DNA of 63,351 nt, counting the filler, from Octopus bimaculoides (taxonomy: Eukaryota): assembly GCF_001194135.2 (NCBI RefSeq). It is 7 parts of 6 records of this genome, joined end to end, with 100 filler letters (N's around TTAATTAATTAA, not from the genome) between each part and the next. Parts side by side here need not be neighbours in the genome. Positions count along the whole stretch, not along the records: positions 1 to 19,372 come from NC_068992.1; positions 19,473 to 25,581 come from NC_068989.1; 5 more parts are not named here. The stretch is one strand, 5' to 3'. The notes under the pieces were generated by a model. It searched no databases, had not been told where the DNA came from, and saw only the letters and a program-made list of their open reading frames with translations. A program made the position numbers and the translations under genes. Below, in pieces: positions 13,100 through 24,689 of the stretch. Each line of letters opens with the position of its first letter. Within the stretch, counting starts at the first letter, position 1.

Positions 13100-13239
13100 T
13101 TTTCTCCTTTCACTGAGCGACAAGCTTAATACATTTCTTGTGCACATACTCACGTTTTTCTGGGGTTTTTTGTTTGTTTTTTTTTCAATTCGTTTATTTG
13201 AATTGTTTGTTTATTTGAATTCAATATCTATCTATCTAG

Positions 13240-13275
<36 letters not shown>

Positions 13276-13611
13276 GTATCTATATATATNNNNNNNNNNA
13301 TATATATATATATATATATATATACCTATCTATATGTCTATCTACATAGTGCAAAAATAAAAAAAATAAACACGGGAAAAATTATAGGAAAAGGGAGCTT
13401 CATGAGGCTACTGCTGAGACGTTTCCGAAAAAACAAAGAAAAGCCGTTGGAAAACCGATTATAGCAGCGACTCCATCAATTCCTAGGGATATCTGAAGAA
13501 GGAATTTTATTCCGAAATATATCAGACTATGGATGGTTAAATTACAAGTTACTATAGTCCATAATTTGTATTATAGTGCATTGCTGTGTCATTCAAAACA
13601 TTTTCAAAACA

Positions 13612-13685
13612 ATATCAGCCGAAACGTGTTAACAACAAACAAAATGAGGACAAATATCCGTCAAATGTAAATAATGTAAATAATG
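13612..13685 (+). mobile_element. Fragment of the Penelope-like pseudo-LTR (3' half of hammerhead plus tail)
   Basis: atatcagccgaaacgtgttaacaacaaacaaaatgaggacaaatatccgtcaaatgtaaataatg matches the reverse complement of 39985-40060. Confidence 0.8.
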
Positions 13686-13864
13686 CAATAACATTTATGT
13701 CTGTCGTACGCTAATTGTTTAAGTAAGTGTGCGCGTGCACGAGTACAGTTCAGAAAGGACATTGATATAGAGTTTTAAAATATTATGAAACCTTAACTCT
13801 GATTTTTACCCTCTGGAAAATCAGATCTTTTCCTTCTTGCTCTGTCGGATTTTGCTCAAATTTT

Positions 13865-13982
13865 CTACTCCGTTGTATCACGCCAACAACGCCCGTTCTC
13901 GTCTAATCAGGGAGTTAAGTAACGTCAAGCCTAGTTAGAACTTAGATGGGTGATCCTTTGGAAAACCTTGGTGCTGTAAACA
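13865..13982 (+). pseudogene. 5S rRNA pseudogene
   Basis: gttctcgtctaatc...gagttaagtaacgtcaagcctagttagaacttagatgggtgatcctttggaaaaccttggtgctgtaaac aligns end to end with the metazoan 5S rRNA consensus, with many substitutions. Confidence 0.85.
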
Positions 13983-14240
13983 AAACCATTGGTGTTCCCC
14001 TTTACAATAGCCATTATCTCTGATTTAAACCAACAAAATAATAAAAGAATCGATTTTCATGCAAATTACAAAAGTCACATTCATTTTTGTAGAAATTAAT
14101 AATATAAACTTTATGAATCTTTTAAGATTGCGACTTTTGCTAATCTTAGCCAATCAGAAGCCTCTGTTACCGACATACTGGAAGCTGCATTTGCCGTCTG
14201 TTTCGATAGCAAAGAAATTTCTCATCGGGAAATTTTATCT

Positions 14241-14601
14241 TTTATTTGTCTCAGGCATTTGACTGCAACCATACTGGTCGAATGAAGAGAAAGCCTGGTA
14301 CTTATTTATCCATCTGTCTTGCCAAACCTCTAGATTACAGGGACATAAACAAATCAACACCGGTTGTCAAGCGGTGGTAGGAGACAAACATACACACAAA
14401 CATACACACACATACACACACACACACACACATACACACACACACATCTACGACGGGCTTCTTTCGGTTTCCGTCTACCAAATTCACTCACAAGGCTTTG
14501 GTCGGCACGAGGCTAAGACACTTGCCTAAGGTGTCATGCAGTGGAACTGAATCCGGAACCATGTGGTTCAGCAGCAAACGTCTTACCACACAGCTACGCC
14601 C
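14241..14601 (-). mobile_element. SINE family A, full length
   Basis: Reverse complement of head, (CA)n and tail. Confidence 0.9.
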
Positions 14602-14769
14602 GTGGGAGAAATTAAAGACGGGGAAGGACGCGGTCAGATTTGTTCCAGAATAAAAGGGTACCGAGTGATGCATACTTTTTCAAAAATAATATCTCAAAAA
14701 TAAAGAGAAAAAATTACCCTGGGCCCTTGTATGCCAAGTTAGACTTATAAGGCTTTATTGCACTAAAAA

Positions 14770-15071
14770 AACAAAGCTGTTCTAGGCATCTCGTGAAGAG
14801 AGGGATTTACGAATGAAATTCTCGATTGTAATTTACCAGCGATATGACACGTCATCAGAGAAAGAACAATAATCGCTGGACATTAGTGGTGAGCAAAGAG
14901 TGAGTTTATTAGCGACGTTGTTTGCTGGGGACCGAAGCATGGGTTGGCAAATATTGGTTAGAGAATATCGAACCGAGATAAAGCAACTGCGAGGTTTCCG
15001 AGTGCGGCCCGAGAAGACCTACCACGTGCAATGGAAGGATCGAATAGACTGGGGAGAACATGTCACGACCG
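14770..15071 (+). mobile_element. Decayed RTE-type LINE 3' end
   Basis: Translation with stops KAVLGIS*REGFTNEILDCNLPAI*HVIRER..IAGH*W*AKSEFISDVVCWGPKHG...EDLPRAME resembles RTE/RTE-X ORF termini; runs directly into a (GAT)n tail. Confidence 0.7.
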
Positions 15072-15260
15072 GATGATGATGATGATGATGATGATGGTGG
15101 TGACGACGACGATGATGGCGATTATGATGATAATGATAACGATGATGATGGTGATGGTGATGATGATGATGATAACGATGACGATGACGAGGATGATGGT
15201 GATGATGATGATGGCGATGATGATTACGATGACAATGATGATGATGATGACGACGACGAA

Positions 15261-15320
<60 letters not shown>

Positions 15321-15332
15321 GATGATGACGAT

Positions 15333-15411
<79 letters not shown>

Positions 15412-15427
15412 GTGATGATGGTGATGA
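15072..15427 (+). repeat. (GAT)n/(GAC)n microsatellite (LINE tail expansion)
   Basis: Seen directly; source of the poly-Asp and poly-Met ORFs. Confidence 0.95.
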
Positions 15428-15889
15428 ATGCACTAAAGGACTCTTTTTCATTTCTTTAGCTTGCGCTGCTGAAGTTGGGTGTGTTTGTAATACGAGCGTA
15501 CCACTTCCAAGCCATCAACTCCTCGTAAACCAGGAGAGCAAGATGTCTTGCAACGGACGTGAAATAAAGACGTAAGTTCACGAAAGAGTCTGTACAGGCG
15601 ACAGCCGTTTATTTATGGACCTCAATGCATTAGTTTGCTTGGGGTTGCTGTCAACATAAACCCTTGATTTTGCGAGGTCTTCATTTGAACGTAAGTTGTC
15701 TTATTGCATCACACCTGCTTTATTAAGGGTACATGGACTTGAAATAGGGTAGAAATTGTAGATTAGATATTTAAAAACAGAAAATAAATATGGGAGTGTA
15801 ATCCGCTTTTATATATCAGCAGTGAATATTAGCGAACATCTATGATGCTCACTGCATCTAATAGGAGGCTCATCTCCGAATTCTTTACA

Positions 15890-16904
15890 CACAAACACAC
15901 ACACACGTATGTATACGTGCATGTGCTTTTGTGTGTGTATATGTGAGTGTATACACACACGTATACTTGCAAGTGTGTGCATACATGTAAGCGTATACAT
16001 GTTCTACACACACACGCACACACAGAGACACACACACACGCACACACAGAGACACACACACACGCACACACACACACACATTTCCTATATATGTGTATTG
16101 ATGTATGTATTTGTATTCGTACGCACACACACGCACACATACACGTATACACACATACACACAGACATGTTAATTTTACAAACATACATATAATACATGT
16201 ATGCGAGCATATATTTCCACGTGTATATAATGTATACTTAATAACGAGCATGTATANNNNNNNNNNNNNNNNNNNNNNNNNNNNNNNNNNNNNNNNNNNN
16301 NNNNNNNNNNNNNNNNNNNNNNNNNNNNNNNNNNNNNNNNNNNNNNNNNNNNNNNNNNNNNNNNNNTATATATATATATATATATCTACATACATATATA
16401 TGTATCCATATATATATGTAAATAAATATATATTTCTTTATATATATATGCATATACACATATATATATTTACATGTATATGTGTGTATATATGTCCTGA
16501 TGTATGCGTGTGGGTGTATCACATATACACACAAATACACAATGACATACACACACGCGTACCAACATATATACATTGCTCAACCGCACACGTGTATGGA
16601 GGGGGAGTTAACTTTTCTCTTTCCTTCACCCCTTTCCCCTCCCTCCTTTACAGTCACTCACTTCTCCACCTCCTTCTCAACCCTCAACCCTCTCTCTGTC
16701 TCTCTCTCCCTCTCTTGTCCCCAAATCGAAATTAATTCCGCTCACCTAAATTTATTCTATAACTAAATCTCAATTATTAACATTTCATGTAATTTTACAA
16801 CTAATGAAATTAGCAAGAAATTACATTTCCCGCCAAACATTTTGGGGGAACTAACAAGCTTTACATAATTAATAAGGTCATTATCAACAACAACAACAAC
16901 AACA

Positions 16905-16948
<44 letters not shown>

Positions 16949-17308
16949 AACAACAACAACAACAGAAACTAAAGCCACAAGTATTTAAAAAAATCATTAT
17001 AGCAAAAACAACTAAAATGGAGGCCAAAACAATTGCGACATTCACAACAATAACTGCAGCATCGAAAACAACAACTACAGCGAGACTAACTTCATTATTT
17101 CTTTTAATTTCTATCAAATTTATATATTTGTTTATAAACTGTTTATATACACATATACATACATGTATACATACGCACACGCACACACACACATATATGC
17201 ATGTGTGGGTGTGTATATACATATGTATATATATATATACATATACACATGTATATATGTATATGCATACAGATATACACACATACATCATACATACATG
17301 CACATGTA

Positions 17309-17359
<51 letters not shown>

Positions 17360-17580
17360 GCATACATATATACACACATACATCATACATACATGCATAT
17401 ATATATATACATATATATATACGTATATGATACATATATAAGCACATACATGCACACACACACACGCACACACACAAACACACACACACACGCGCACACA
17501 GAAACACACGCACACAAACACACGCACACAGACACACACACACACACACACATACACACACATATATATATATATCTTGT
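15890..17580. repeat. (CA)n/(TA)n, (AAC)n/(GAC)n microsatellite cluster
   Basis: Seen directly; includes the gap at 16257-16367. Confidence 0.9.
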
Positions 17581-17668
17581 TCATTTATTCAAATAAGCAT
17601 GTCTTTTGGGGGATAATGCATTACCAACATTACTATTATTATTAATATTATTATTATTATCAATAATG

Positions 17669-17707
<39 letters not shown>

Positions 17708-17713
17708 GTAATA

Positions 17714-17935
17714 TCAGGTGGCGAATTGGCCCAATTGTTAGCACGCCGGATAAAATACTTAGCACCATTTCTTCTGTCTTTATATTCTGAGTTCAAATTC
17801 TGCCGAGGTCGTGTTTGCCTGTCATCATTTCGAGGTCGATAAAATAAGTACCAGTTGAATACTGACGTTGACGTAATCGACTGTCCCCCCACGTCCCAAA
17901 CTTCAGGCCTTGGGCTTATGGTAGAAAGAATTATT
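17714..17935 (+). mobile_element. SINE family B, full length
   Basis: tRNA-like head ggtggcgaattggc...gagttcaaattctgccg; core tcatcatttcgaggtcgataaaataagtaccag; flanked by (AAT)n/(ATT)n. Confidence 0.9.
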
Positions 17936-17954
17936 ATTGTTGTCATAATCATTA

Positions 17955-18155
17955 AGGGTGGCGAGCTGGCAGAACCGTTAGCACACCGGACGAAATGCCT
18001 GCCGTTATTTCAAGGGTTCGAATTCAGCGGCGGGTGTCTCCGCTTTTCATCCTTTTGGAGTCGGTAGAATATGTACCAGTTGTATACTTGCGTCGATGTA
18101 ATAGACTTACCCCTCCCGCCGAAATTACTGACCTTGTGCCAAAATTTGAAACCAA
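17955..18155 (+). mobile_element. SINE family B
   Basis: ggtggcgagctggcagaaccgttagcacaccgg...gaaattactgaccttgtgccaaaatttgaaac. Confidence 0.85.
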
Positions 18156-18339
18156 AACTGTTGCCGTTGTTGTTGTTGTTATGTTGTGGTCCTCATGGTC
18201 CTGCTCCTCGTCAATAATAGTAACAACAGCAGCAACAACAGCGGTGTCATCATCATCATCATCATCATCACTAACAGGAATAAGCGGTTACAAGAGAAAC
18301 AACAAAAATGTCGTCGCAGATGTAGTAAGAACAACAGGT

Positions 18340-19200
18340 AACACTACATCAAGTGTCAGAGAGATCTGCTAAAAATAGCAGTTAAAACTCCATCTGTTTC
18401 ACATTGCACAAACAAATCAAGATGGTCATGACACGAATGTGTATGATCCTTGGGTCAGTTTGATCACGACTGACCCAGGGTTAAAGAGCAGATTCAAAAC
18501 AAGAATCTGCACGACGACGACGACGGCCACCACCACCACCACCACCACCACCACCGCCGTCTCCACCATCACCACCAGAAAGACAATCAAAAATCCTCCA
18601 AGTGGCCGTTGGATATGCAAGAAATAGTAGCTAAATCTCCTGAAATCACAACCTCCTGTATTAAATATGACAGGAAACATTGAATAATGTAGTCTTTGAT
18701 ACATCATGCCTATGTGAAAGAATCGTTGTAGTAGGATGTCCCTTTGATAGTAACTATGCTCGATGAGGACTCGGCTAGGGTCAAAAAAGCAGGGGCGGGC
18801 TTCTATACGATACCTTGATTTGCTAAAAATAGTAGTCAAACATCCTTAAAATCATGTCGGGGAAAGGCAAGTCATTTTAGGTAATCTAGTCCAAGATACA
18901 TTATGACAAAACACAAAAGATGGCGTCGTCGCAACAAACCTGCATATGGTTACAGGTCTGCTTGATCCAGGTTGACCTGGGGTTAAACAAAATCAAAAGC
19001 AACATCAACGATCCCACCGATGGTGACGACAACAACGAACGAAGATAGAGTGGCATTATAGCCACCACACACATCATGGTAGCTTCTGCGTGGTTTAGAA
19101 ACGGCAACGAAACTTCCTTCACATCACACCGTTGTACCATCTTGAGGAAAACAAGATCGAAACTGGGTTAGCTGGATCAGCATTGGCCTGGGGCTGCAAA
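18340..19200 (-). mobile_element. Cluster of ~4 degenerate copies of the two-module element
   Basis: Reverse-complement module 1 at ~18420-18485, 18730-18790, 18920-18985 and 19140-19195; module 2 at ~18350-18400, 18600-18660 and 18810-18850. Confidence 0.55.
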
Positions 19201-19416
19201 GACAACAACAACAACAGCAACAGCAATGACAATGGCAATAATGATGACAGCCTATGTGAGGAAACGGACACACGCACAACCATACACACACACACACACA
19301 CACACACACAAATATATATATGTATGTGTATACATGTATGTTGTTATATACGTATATATATATACATATATANNNNNNNNNNNNNNNNNNNNNNNNNNNN
19401 NNNNNNNNNNNNNNNN

Positions 19417-19428
19417 TTAATTAATTAA
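19417..19428. other. Assembly linker TTAATTAATTAA inside a 44N+12+44N gap
   Basis: Identical construct at 25626, 54811, 56543, 59728 and 61554; has stops in all six frames. Confidence 0.95.
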
Positions 19429-19472
19429 NNNNNNNNNNNNNNNNNNNNNNNNNNNNNNNNNNNNNNNNNNNN

Positions 19473-19826
19473 CACTGCGTGGCATCTTGGGCAAGTGTCT
19501 TCTACTATAGCCTCAGGCCGACCAATGCCTTGTGAGTGGATTTGGTAGACGGAAACTGAAAGAAGCCTGTCGTATATATGTATATATATATATGTGTGTG
19601 TCTGTGTTTGTATGTCTGTGTTTGTCCCCCCAACATCGCTTGACAACCGATGCTGGTGTGTTTATGTCCCTGTAACTTAGCGGTTCGGCAAAAGAGACCG
19701 AAAGAATAAGTACTAGGCTTCCAAAGAATAAGTCCTGGGGTCGATTTGCTCGACTAAAGACGGTGCTCCAGCATGGCCACAGTCAAAAGACTGAAGCAAG
19801 TAAAAGAGTAAAGAGTAAAGAGTAAA
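19473..19826 (+). mobile_element. SINE family A (5' end lost in gap)
   Basis: Head remnant, (TA)(TG) core, full tail ending in (AAAGAGT)n. Confidence 0.92.
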
Positions 19827-19884
19827 TGTGTGTATATATATATACCATAAACTCATGATTTCTCTTATTATTAATTTATTGGTT

Positions 19885-20185
19885 GGTATTGACAGTGACC
19901 AAGGACATCACATGAGAGGGAGAAGAAGACAATGTATGAGGTGGCTGTCTATGGCTGATCACTTCAGTGCATACTCAGAAGGCGCTTTTGCAGGTCAGAC
20001 ACTGATGGTCTGTTCGGACTAAAAGCAAGGAGTTGGCTCTGGGCTTGTGCAGTCGACATTTTCATTGTGTCCATGCAGTCCTGTTCTTTTTGCAGTGAGA
20101 TGGCACCTCTGTTGTTACAGCTTTGCCACCCTAGTTGGGTGGTCTTGCACTTGCATTTCCCAAGTGTCAGGGTTAATCTCAAAGC
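19885..20185 (-). mobile_element. Decayed RTE-clade (BovB-like) LINE extreme 3' end
   Basis: SFEINPDTWEMQVQDHPT and a terminal C..C-like segment QCLTCKSAF...ISH resemble BovB-type C-termini. Confidence 0.65.
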
Positions 20186-20234
20186 TGTGATCCTTTGAAA
20201 TTTGAAAATACCATTGAAATTTGAAAATACCAGT

Positions 20235-20712
20235 GTTCAACTAGTAGTTATTTTATTGATGCCGAAAGGATGGAAGACAAATCAGACCCTGGTGGCATTT
20301 GAACTCAGAATGGTAATATCGGAACAAATGCCGTTAAGCATTTTGTCTGACGTGATAACAATTCCCCCAGGTTACCACCTCAAAAAAAAGTCAATCTTAG
20401 CAGCATTTGAACTCAGAACATAAAGTTGGAACGAATGCCATTTAACTTTTTCTCCAGTGCAGTAATGATTCTTATTTCTTTATTGCCCACAAGGGGCTAA
20501 ACATAGAGGGGACAATCAAGGACAGACAAAGGGATTAAGTCGATGCCATCGACCCCAGTGCATAACTGGTACTTAATTTATCGACCCTGGAAGGATGAAA
20601 GGCAAAGTCGATCTTGGTGGAATTTGAACTCAGAACATAACGGCAGACGAAATATCACTAAGCATTTTGCCGGGCGAAATGCTTAGCTGTAATGATTCTG
20701 CCAGCTCGCTGC
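20235..20712 (-). mobile_element. SINE family B: degenerate copies plus one near-full copy with alternative tail
   Basis: 20462-20712 carries the tail ...tttagccccttgtgggcaataaagaaataagaa (reverse complement). Confidence 0.85.
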
Positions 20713-21064
20713 CTACACACACAAAATATTGATTCGAATATTTTGGTCTGTATATTTTACTCTGAACTTGTTGACAGTTCTTGTTGATAAAAGCGAAGGA
20801 AAATGAACGTCTCCCCCCCCCCCCCAAAGCAGTGAAATCATAAAGGAAATAAGGAAATGTGTAAATGAACTTCTATTATTGATTTTTGAACTTCATAAAT
20901 ATTTTTGTATTGATTTGAGTCTTTTCGTTTTTCTTGCATGTTAAAATTTAATATTGTGTCAAAAGTATGATTTTTACTTTTAAAAGAAATTCTTTACTTG
21001 TATATGTGTTGATGTACAATTGTTGTTGTTCTTGTTATTATCATTACCATTATTGTTATAATTA

Positions 21065-21096
<32 letters not shown>

Positions 21097-21098
<2 letters not shown>

Positions 21099-21313
21099 GA
21101 CGGTAAGCTGGCAGAATCATTAACATGCCTGGCAAAATGCTTAGTTGTATTTCGTCCGTTTTCATGTTCTGAGTTCAAGTTCTGCCGAGGTCAACTTTGC
21201 CCTTAATCTTTTTTAGAGTTGATAAATTAAGTACCAGTGAAACACTGGGGGTTGATATAATCGACTAGCTTCCTTCTGCCAAAATTTCAGGCCTTGTGCC
21301 TTTAGTAGAAAGA

Positions 21314-21315
<2 letters not shown>
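21097..21315 (+). mobile_element. SINE family B
   Basis: Full head, core and tail between (ATT)n tracts. Confidence 0.9.
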
Positions 21316-21381
<66 letters not shown>

Positions 21382-21387
21382 TATTAC

Positions 21388-21466
<79 letters not shown>
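21315..21466. repeat. (ATT)n microsatellite
   Basis: About 50 near-perfect units. Confidence 0.97.
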
Positions 21467-21468
<2 letters not shown>

Positions 21469-21682
21469 GGTAGCAAGCTGGCAGAATTGTTAACACGCCT
21501 GGCAAAACACTTTGCAGCATTTCATCTGCCTGCAGATTCTGAGTTCAAATTCTGTTGGGGTCGACTTTACCTTTCATCCTTTTCAGGGTCGATAAAATAA
21601 GTACTAGCTGAGTACTGGGGTTGATGTAATTGACTTACCCCTTCCCCTGAAATTGCTGGCCTTGTGCTGAAATTTGAAAATA
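21467..21682 (+). mobile_element. SINE family B
   Basis: aaggtagcaagctggcagaattg...gaaattgctggccttgtgctgaaatttgaaa. Confidence 0.9.
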
Positions 21683-21716
21683 CCATTACTACTACTGCTG
21701 CTACTACTGCTACTAG

Positions 21717-22088
21717 TATCTCCACCATAGCGAAGGTGGAGGTATTGTTTTCAGTCGTGTCTGGTTGTTTGTTTGTCTGCGGACAAGATATCTCAAGAAC
21801 CACTGGATGGATTCGGACGAAACTTTCAGAGATATTTGGCCTCATGACTGGCACAAACCGATTAATTTTTAGGAATCATCTGGTACCGAACAAGGATTCT
21901 GGATTATGGATTACTTTTCTTGTGTTTTTACTTAATTTTTGAGAGTAGTTGAGTTCATTTTTAGTATTCTCGTTTGTGAGAGCAGTCGAGTTTATTTCAG
22001 ATATTCTCATTTTAAAAATCATCTCTGGCTAATCATTGAGAGGATGTTGGTGTTGCCTTGGCAGAGGTCTGCGCTCGCTGAGTGCTCT
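21717..22088 (+). mobile_element. DINE-1/HINE-like non-autonomous (Helentron-type) element
   Basis: 5' inverted repeat ctccacc...ggtggag followed by (GTTT/GTCT); 3' subterminal repeat ggcagaggt followed by the stem-loop gcgctc-gct-gagtgc. Confidence 0.65.
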
Positions 22089-22102
22089 TATTATTATTAT
22101 TA

Positions 22103-22272
22103 TTGCCTTTGCACAACTTCTAACGCTGGAGATGTACTACGGTGTCAGCTGTTCACTACCAGTGAACTAAGGTAACACCCCTTATTTTTCAAGCACCTTC
22201 CGGAGTATTCGAGCGGTTCTAAGCAGTACTGTTTTCTGCAAGTGCTCCACCCTTATTACAGCCCCTATTTCA
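22103..22272 (-). mobile_element. R4/Dong-like LINE 3' end with (TAA)n tail
   Basis: Encodes VEHLQKTVLLRTARILRKVLEK, resembling the terminus of RLE-type R4-clade ORFs; homologous to 41613-41760. Confidence 0.7.
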
Positions 22273-22310
22273 TTGGTACTACTACCACCTTTTTCATCGA
22301 CCACTACTGC

Positions 22311-22346
<36 letters not shown>

Positions 22347-23234
22347 CTGAAGCATTATGTTCCCCACTGCTGCTGTTAGCTAGCTAATATGATAAAAAGA
22401 AAGAAAAATAAAAAGCATTTGCACAAAAAAGTGATTTACTTTATCTATTTAGTATATATTGGAGAATTAATCCTATAGAAAGTTGGCCGAAGTATCGAAA
22501 TAAAGAGACGAGTTACACTTGTATACATGTGTGTGTGTGTGTGTGTATGTGTGCTCATGTGAGTATGTATTTGTATATGTGACATTCTGTATTGGATGTT
22601 AGTGTGTGTGCATCCACACATTTGTATGTCATTCTATATTGGAATCAGATCATTTTTCAGGGTGTGGTGCCATTATTTAATTATTGATGTCTTGTATGTA
22701 TTGATTGTTTCAATATAAAAAAAAAAAACAAACAAACTAGCGAAAACTTGACATGAATAGCTCTGTTCAAAATCTGATACATAAAAGAAAAACACACTAC
22801 TCGCTATATAACTGATTTAAAACAGTTCTTCCTCTTCATATAAACACATATATACACACACACATACATACATACACAAAAAAACACATTTTTGTATATA
22901 TTTTACTTCAAGTTTCTTTCTTTCCTTGTCCTTCCACTTTTCCTTAGAAATGCAATATTAAAGCATATTCTATTTATTATAATCTTTTGAGAGTACACTA
23001 GATAGAATTAATACTGTCTATTATGAAGCAAACACTAAATAGTATTTGTTATGCTTTTATAATGTAAGAGGTGACTGTTGTTAGAAATGATAGGTCTTTG
23101 GCTGTCTGTCTGTACATCTATCTTTTTTCTTGGGTTCAATTCTGGCTGGGCCTTTTTTTTTTTTACTTAACTTTTTTTACATTCTTTCCCAGAGTCACGA
23201 AAAAAAAAATGCATTCTGATAACATATTTGTTAG

Positions 23235-23600
23235 TACAGTTCTATGTTTAAGAGATGGGGAATTATGTACATTATTTACATTATACACATTATTTATATT
23301 TGACGGATATTTGTCCTCATCTTGTTTGTTGTTAACAAACATTTTGGCTAATATACCTTCCAGCCTTCATCAGGTGTCTTGGAGAAATTTTGAACCTAGG
23401 TTCTCATTTCTAAGGTATTTTTTGATGTTATTATGTTTATTATTATTATTATTATTATACAGGTCATTGCCTGGAATCGAACTCGGAATCTTGGGGTTAG
23501 TAGCCCGCGCTCTTAACCACTACGCCATATGCCCGTGGGCATATGATCTAGTGGTTATATGGCATATATGGTTATATGGCGTAGTGGTTGTAGTGGGCAT
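23235..23600 (-). mobile_element. Solo Penelope-like pseudo-LTR / tRNA-headed SINE-like unit with hammerhead remnant
   Basis: Head (reverse complement) has A-box TGGCGTAGTGG and B-box GTTCGATTC. CTGATGA lies at 23367-23373 and GAAA is mutated. Inverted partial head duplication at 23541-23600. Homologous to 39950-40239. Confidence 0.85.
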
Positions 23601-24689
23601 ATTGCGCAGTCTCTTTTTCTCTCTCTCTCTCTTCCCTCCCTTCTCTTTTTCTCTTTTTATGTGTATATTTCTGTGTGCCCGCATGTGTGTGTGTGTGTGT
23701 ATGTTTGCCTCCAGTGCCAAAAAGTACTATACTGTCATCAAAACAGATTGAATGTCTAGTCAGCTGTGCTAAACGGTCACTTCCAAACAGCTGCACCCAG
23801 TCATCTTATCTCCTTTTTCTGCATTGCTGAGGTTGCACAATAGAAAAGCAATGCCAACACAATTTGGTACTAATATTGTTGCAGAATTCACTGGAAGAAA
23901 AATAGAGAACCAGAACATATTGTGCCAGACATCAAGTCAAACCTCTCTAACAATTTCACTAGTTCCTTATTCTATAGACCTGTAGTACTTTTGTAGCAAC
24001 CTCAAAAGGATGAAATATAAAGTTAATCTCAATAGGATTTGAACTCGAAGCATAAAGAATTGGAACAAATATCGGAGAGGCATTCAGTCTAATGCTTTAA
24101 TTCTTTATTAGACATTATAAGTATCAATTTGAGACAGAAAAGAGCAGTAAACATTCTGACGAGACTTGGAGTATGTGCTTATCACTTACAAGACGATCAT
24201 TATACTGATTATTTTACTGTACCCTTGTTTGTTATTCCATCTCAGATTCTTCTAATTTGAGAAGATAGAATGGCAGGAACTCCATAGTGTAATCTATAGC
24301 ATGGTTGCCTAGCAATGGATAGTTAGTAACATGGGTCAAAGTCCTATCAGTGAGTTAGTTTCTGTTTTCTGTTTCACAAGGTGGTTATCATATCTAATAA
24401 TACTCTCAGCAGAGAACGAAAGTTATTCTAAAATGCTCGTCCCATTGTGTTTTTCCCTCAATAATTTATAGGTGCTTGTGTGGCTTTGACGTAAAAAGTT
24501 TGTCTTCTTTACTTCCCAACCAAATGGTTTTGAGTTCAGTTCCACTTCATAGTACCATTTTGGGCAGATGTCTTCTATTTGTAACTCTGGCCTGAACAAA
24601 GCCTTATTACGAATGGGTTTAATAGGCAGAAACTGAAAGAAGTCTGTTATCTGTGTGTGCATGCACGCACGCATGTGTGTCTGTGTTAC

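Noticed and set aside
15031-15575. Poly-Asp/poly-Met ORFs (acidic biomineralisation-like protein)
   Set aside because: Pure (GAT/GAC)n directly continuing a decayed LINE 3' end; no splice or signal-peptide context.
18426-18839. 137-aa hydrophobic, GPCR-like ORF
   Set aside because: Built from reverse-complement copies of the two-module repeat plus (GGT)n; no receptor motifs.
19417-19428. TTAATTAATTAA as a biological motif (piggyBac TTAA or homeodomain site)
   Set aside because: Always centred in exactly 44+44 Ns, so it is an assembly linker.
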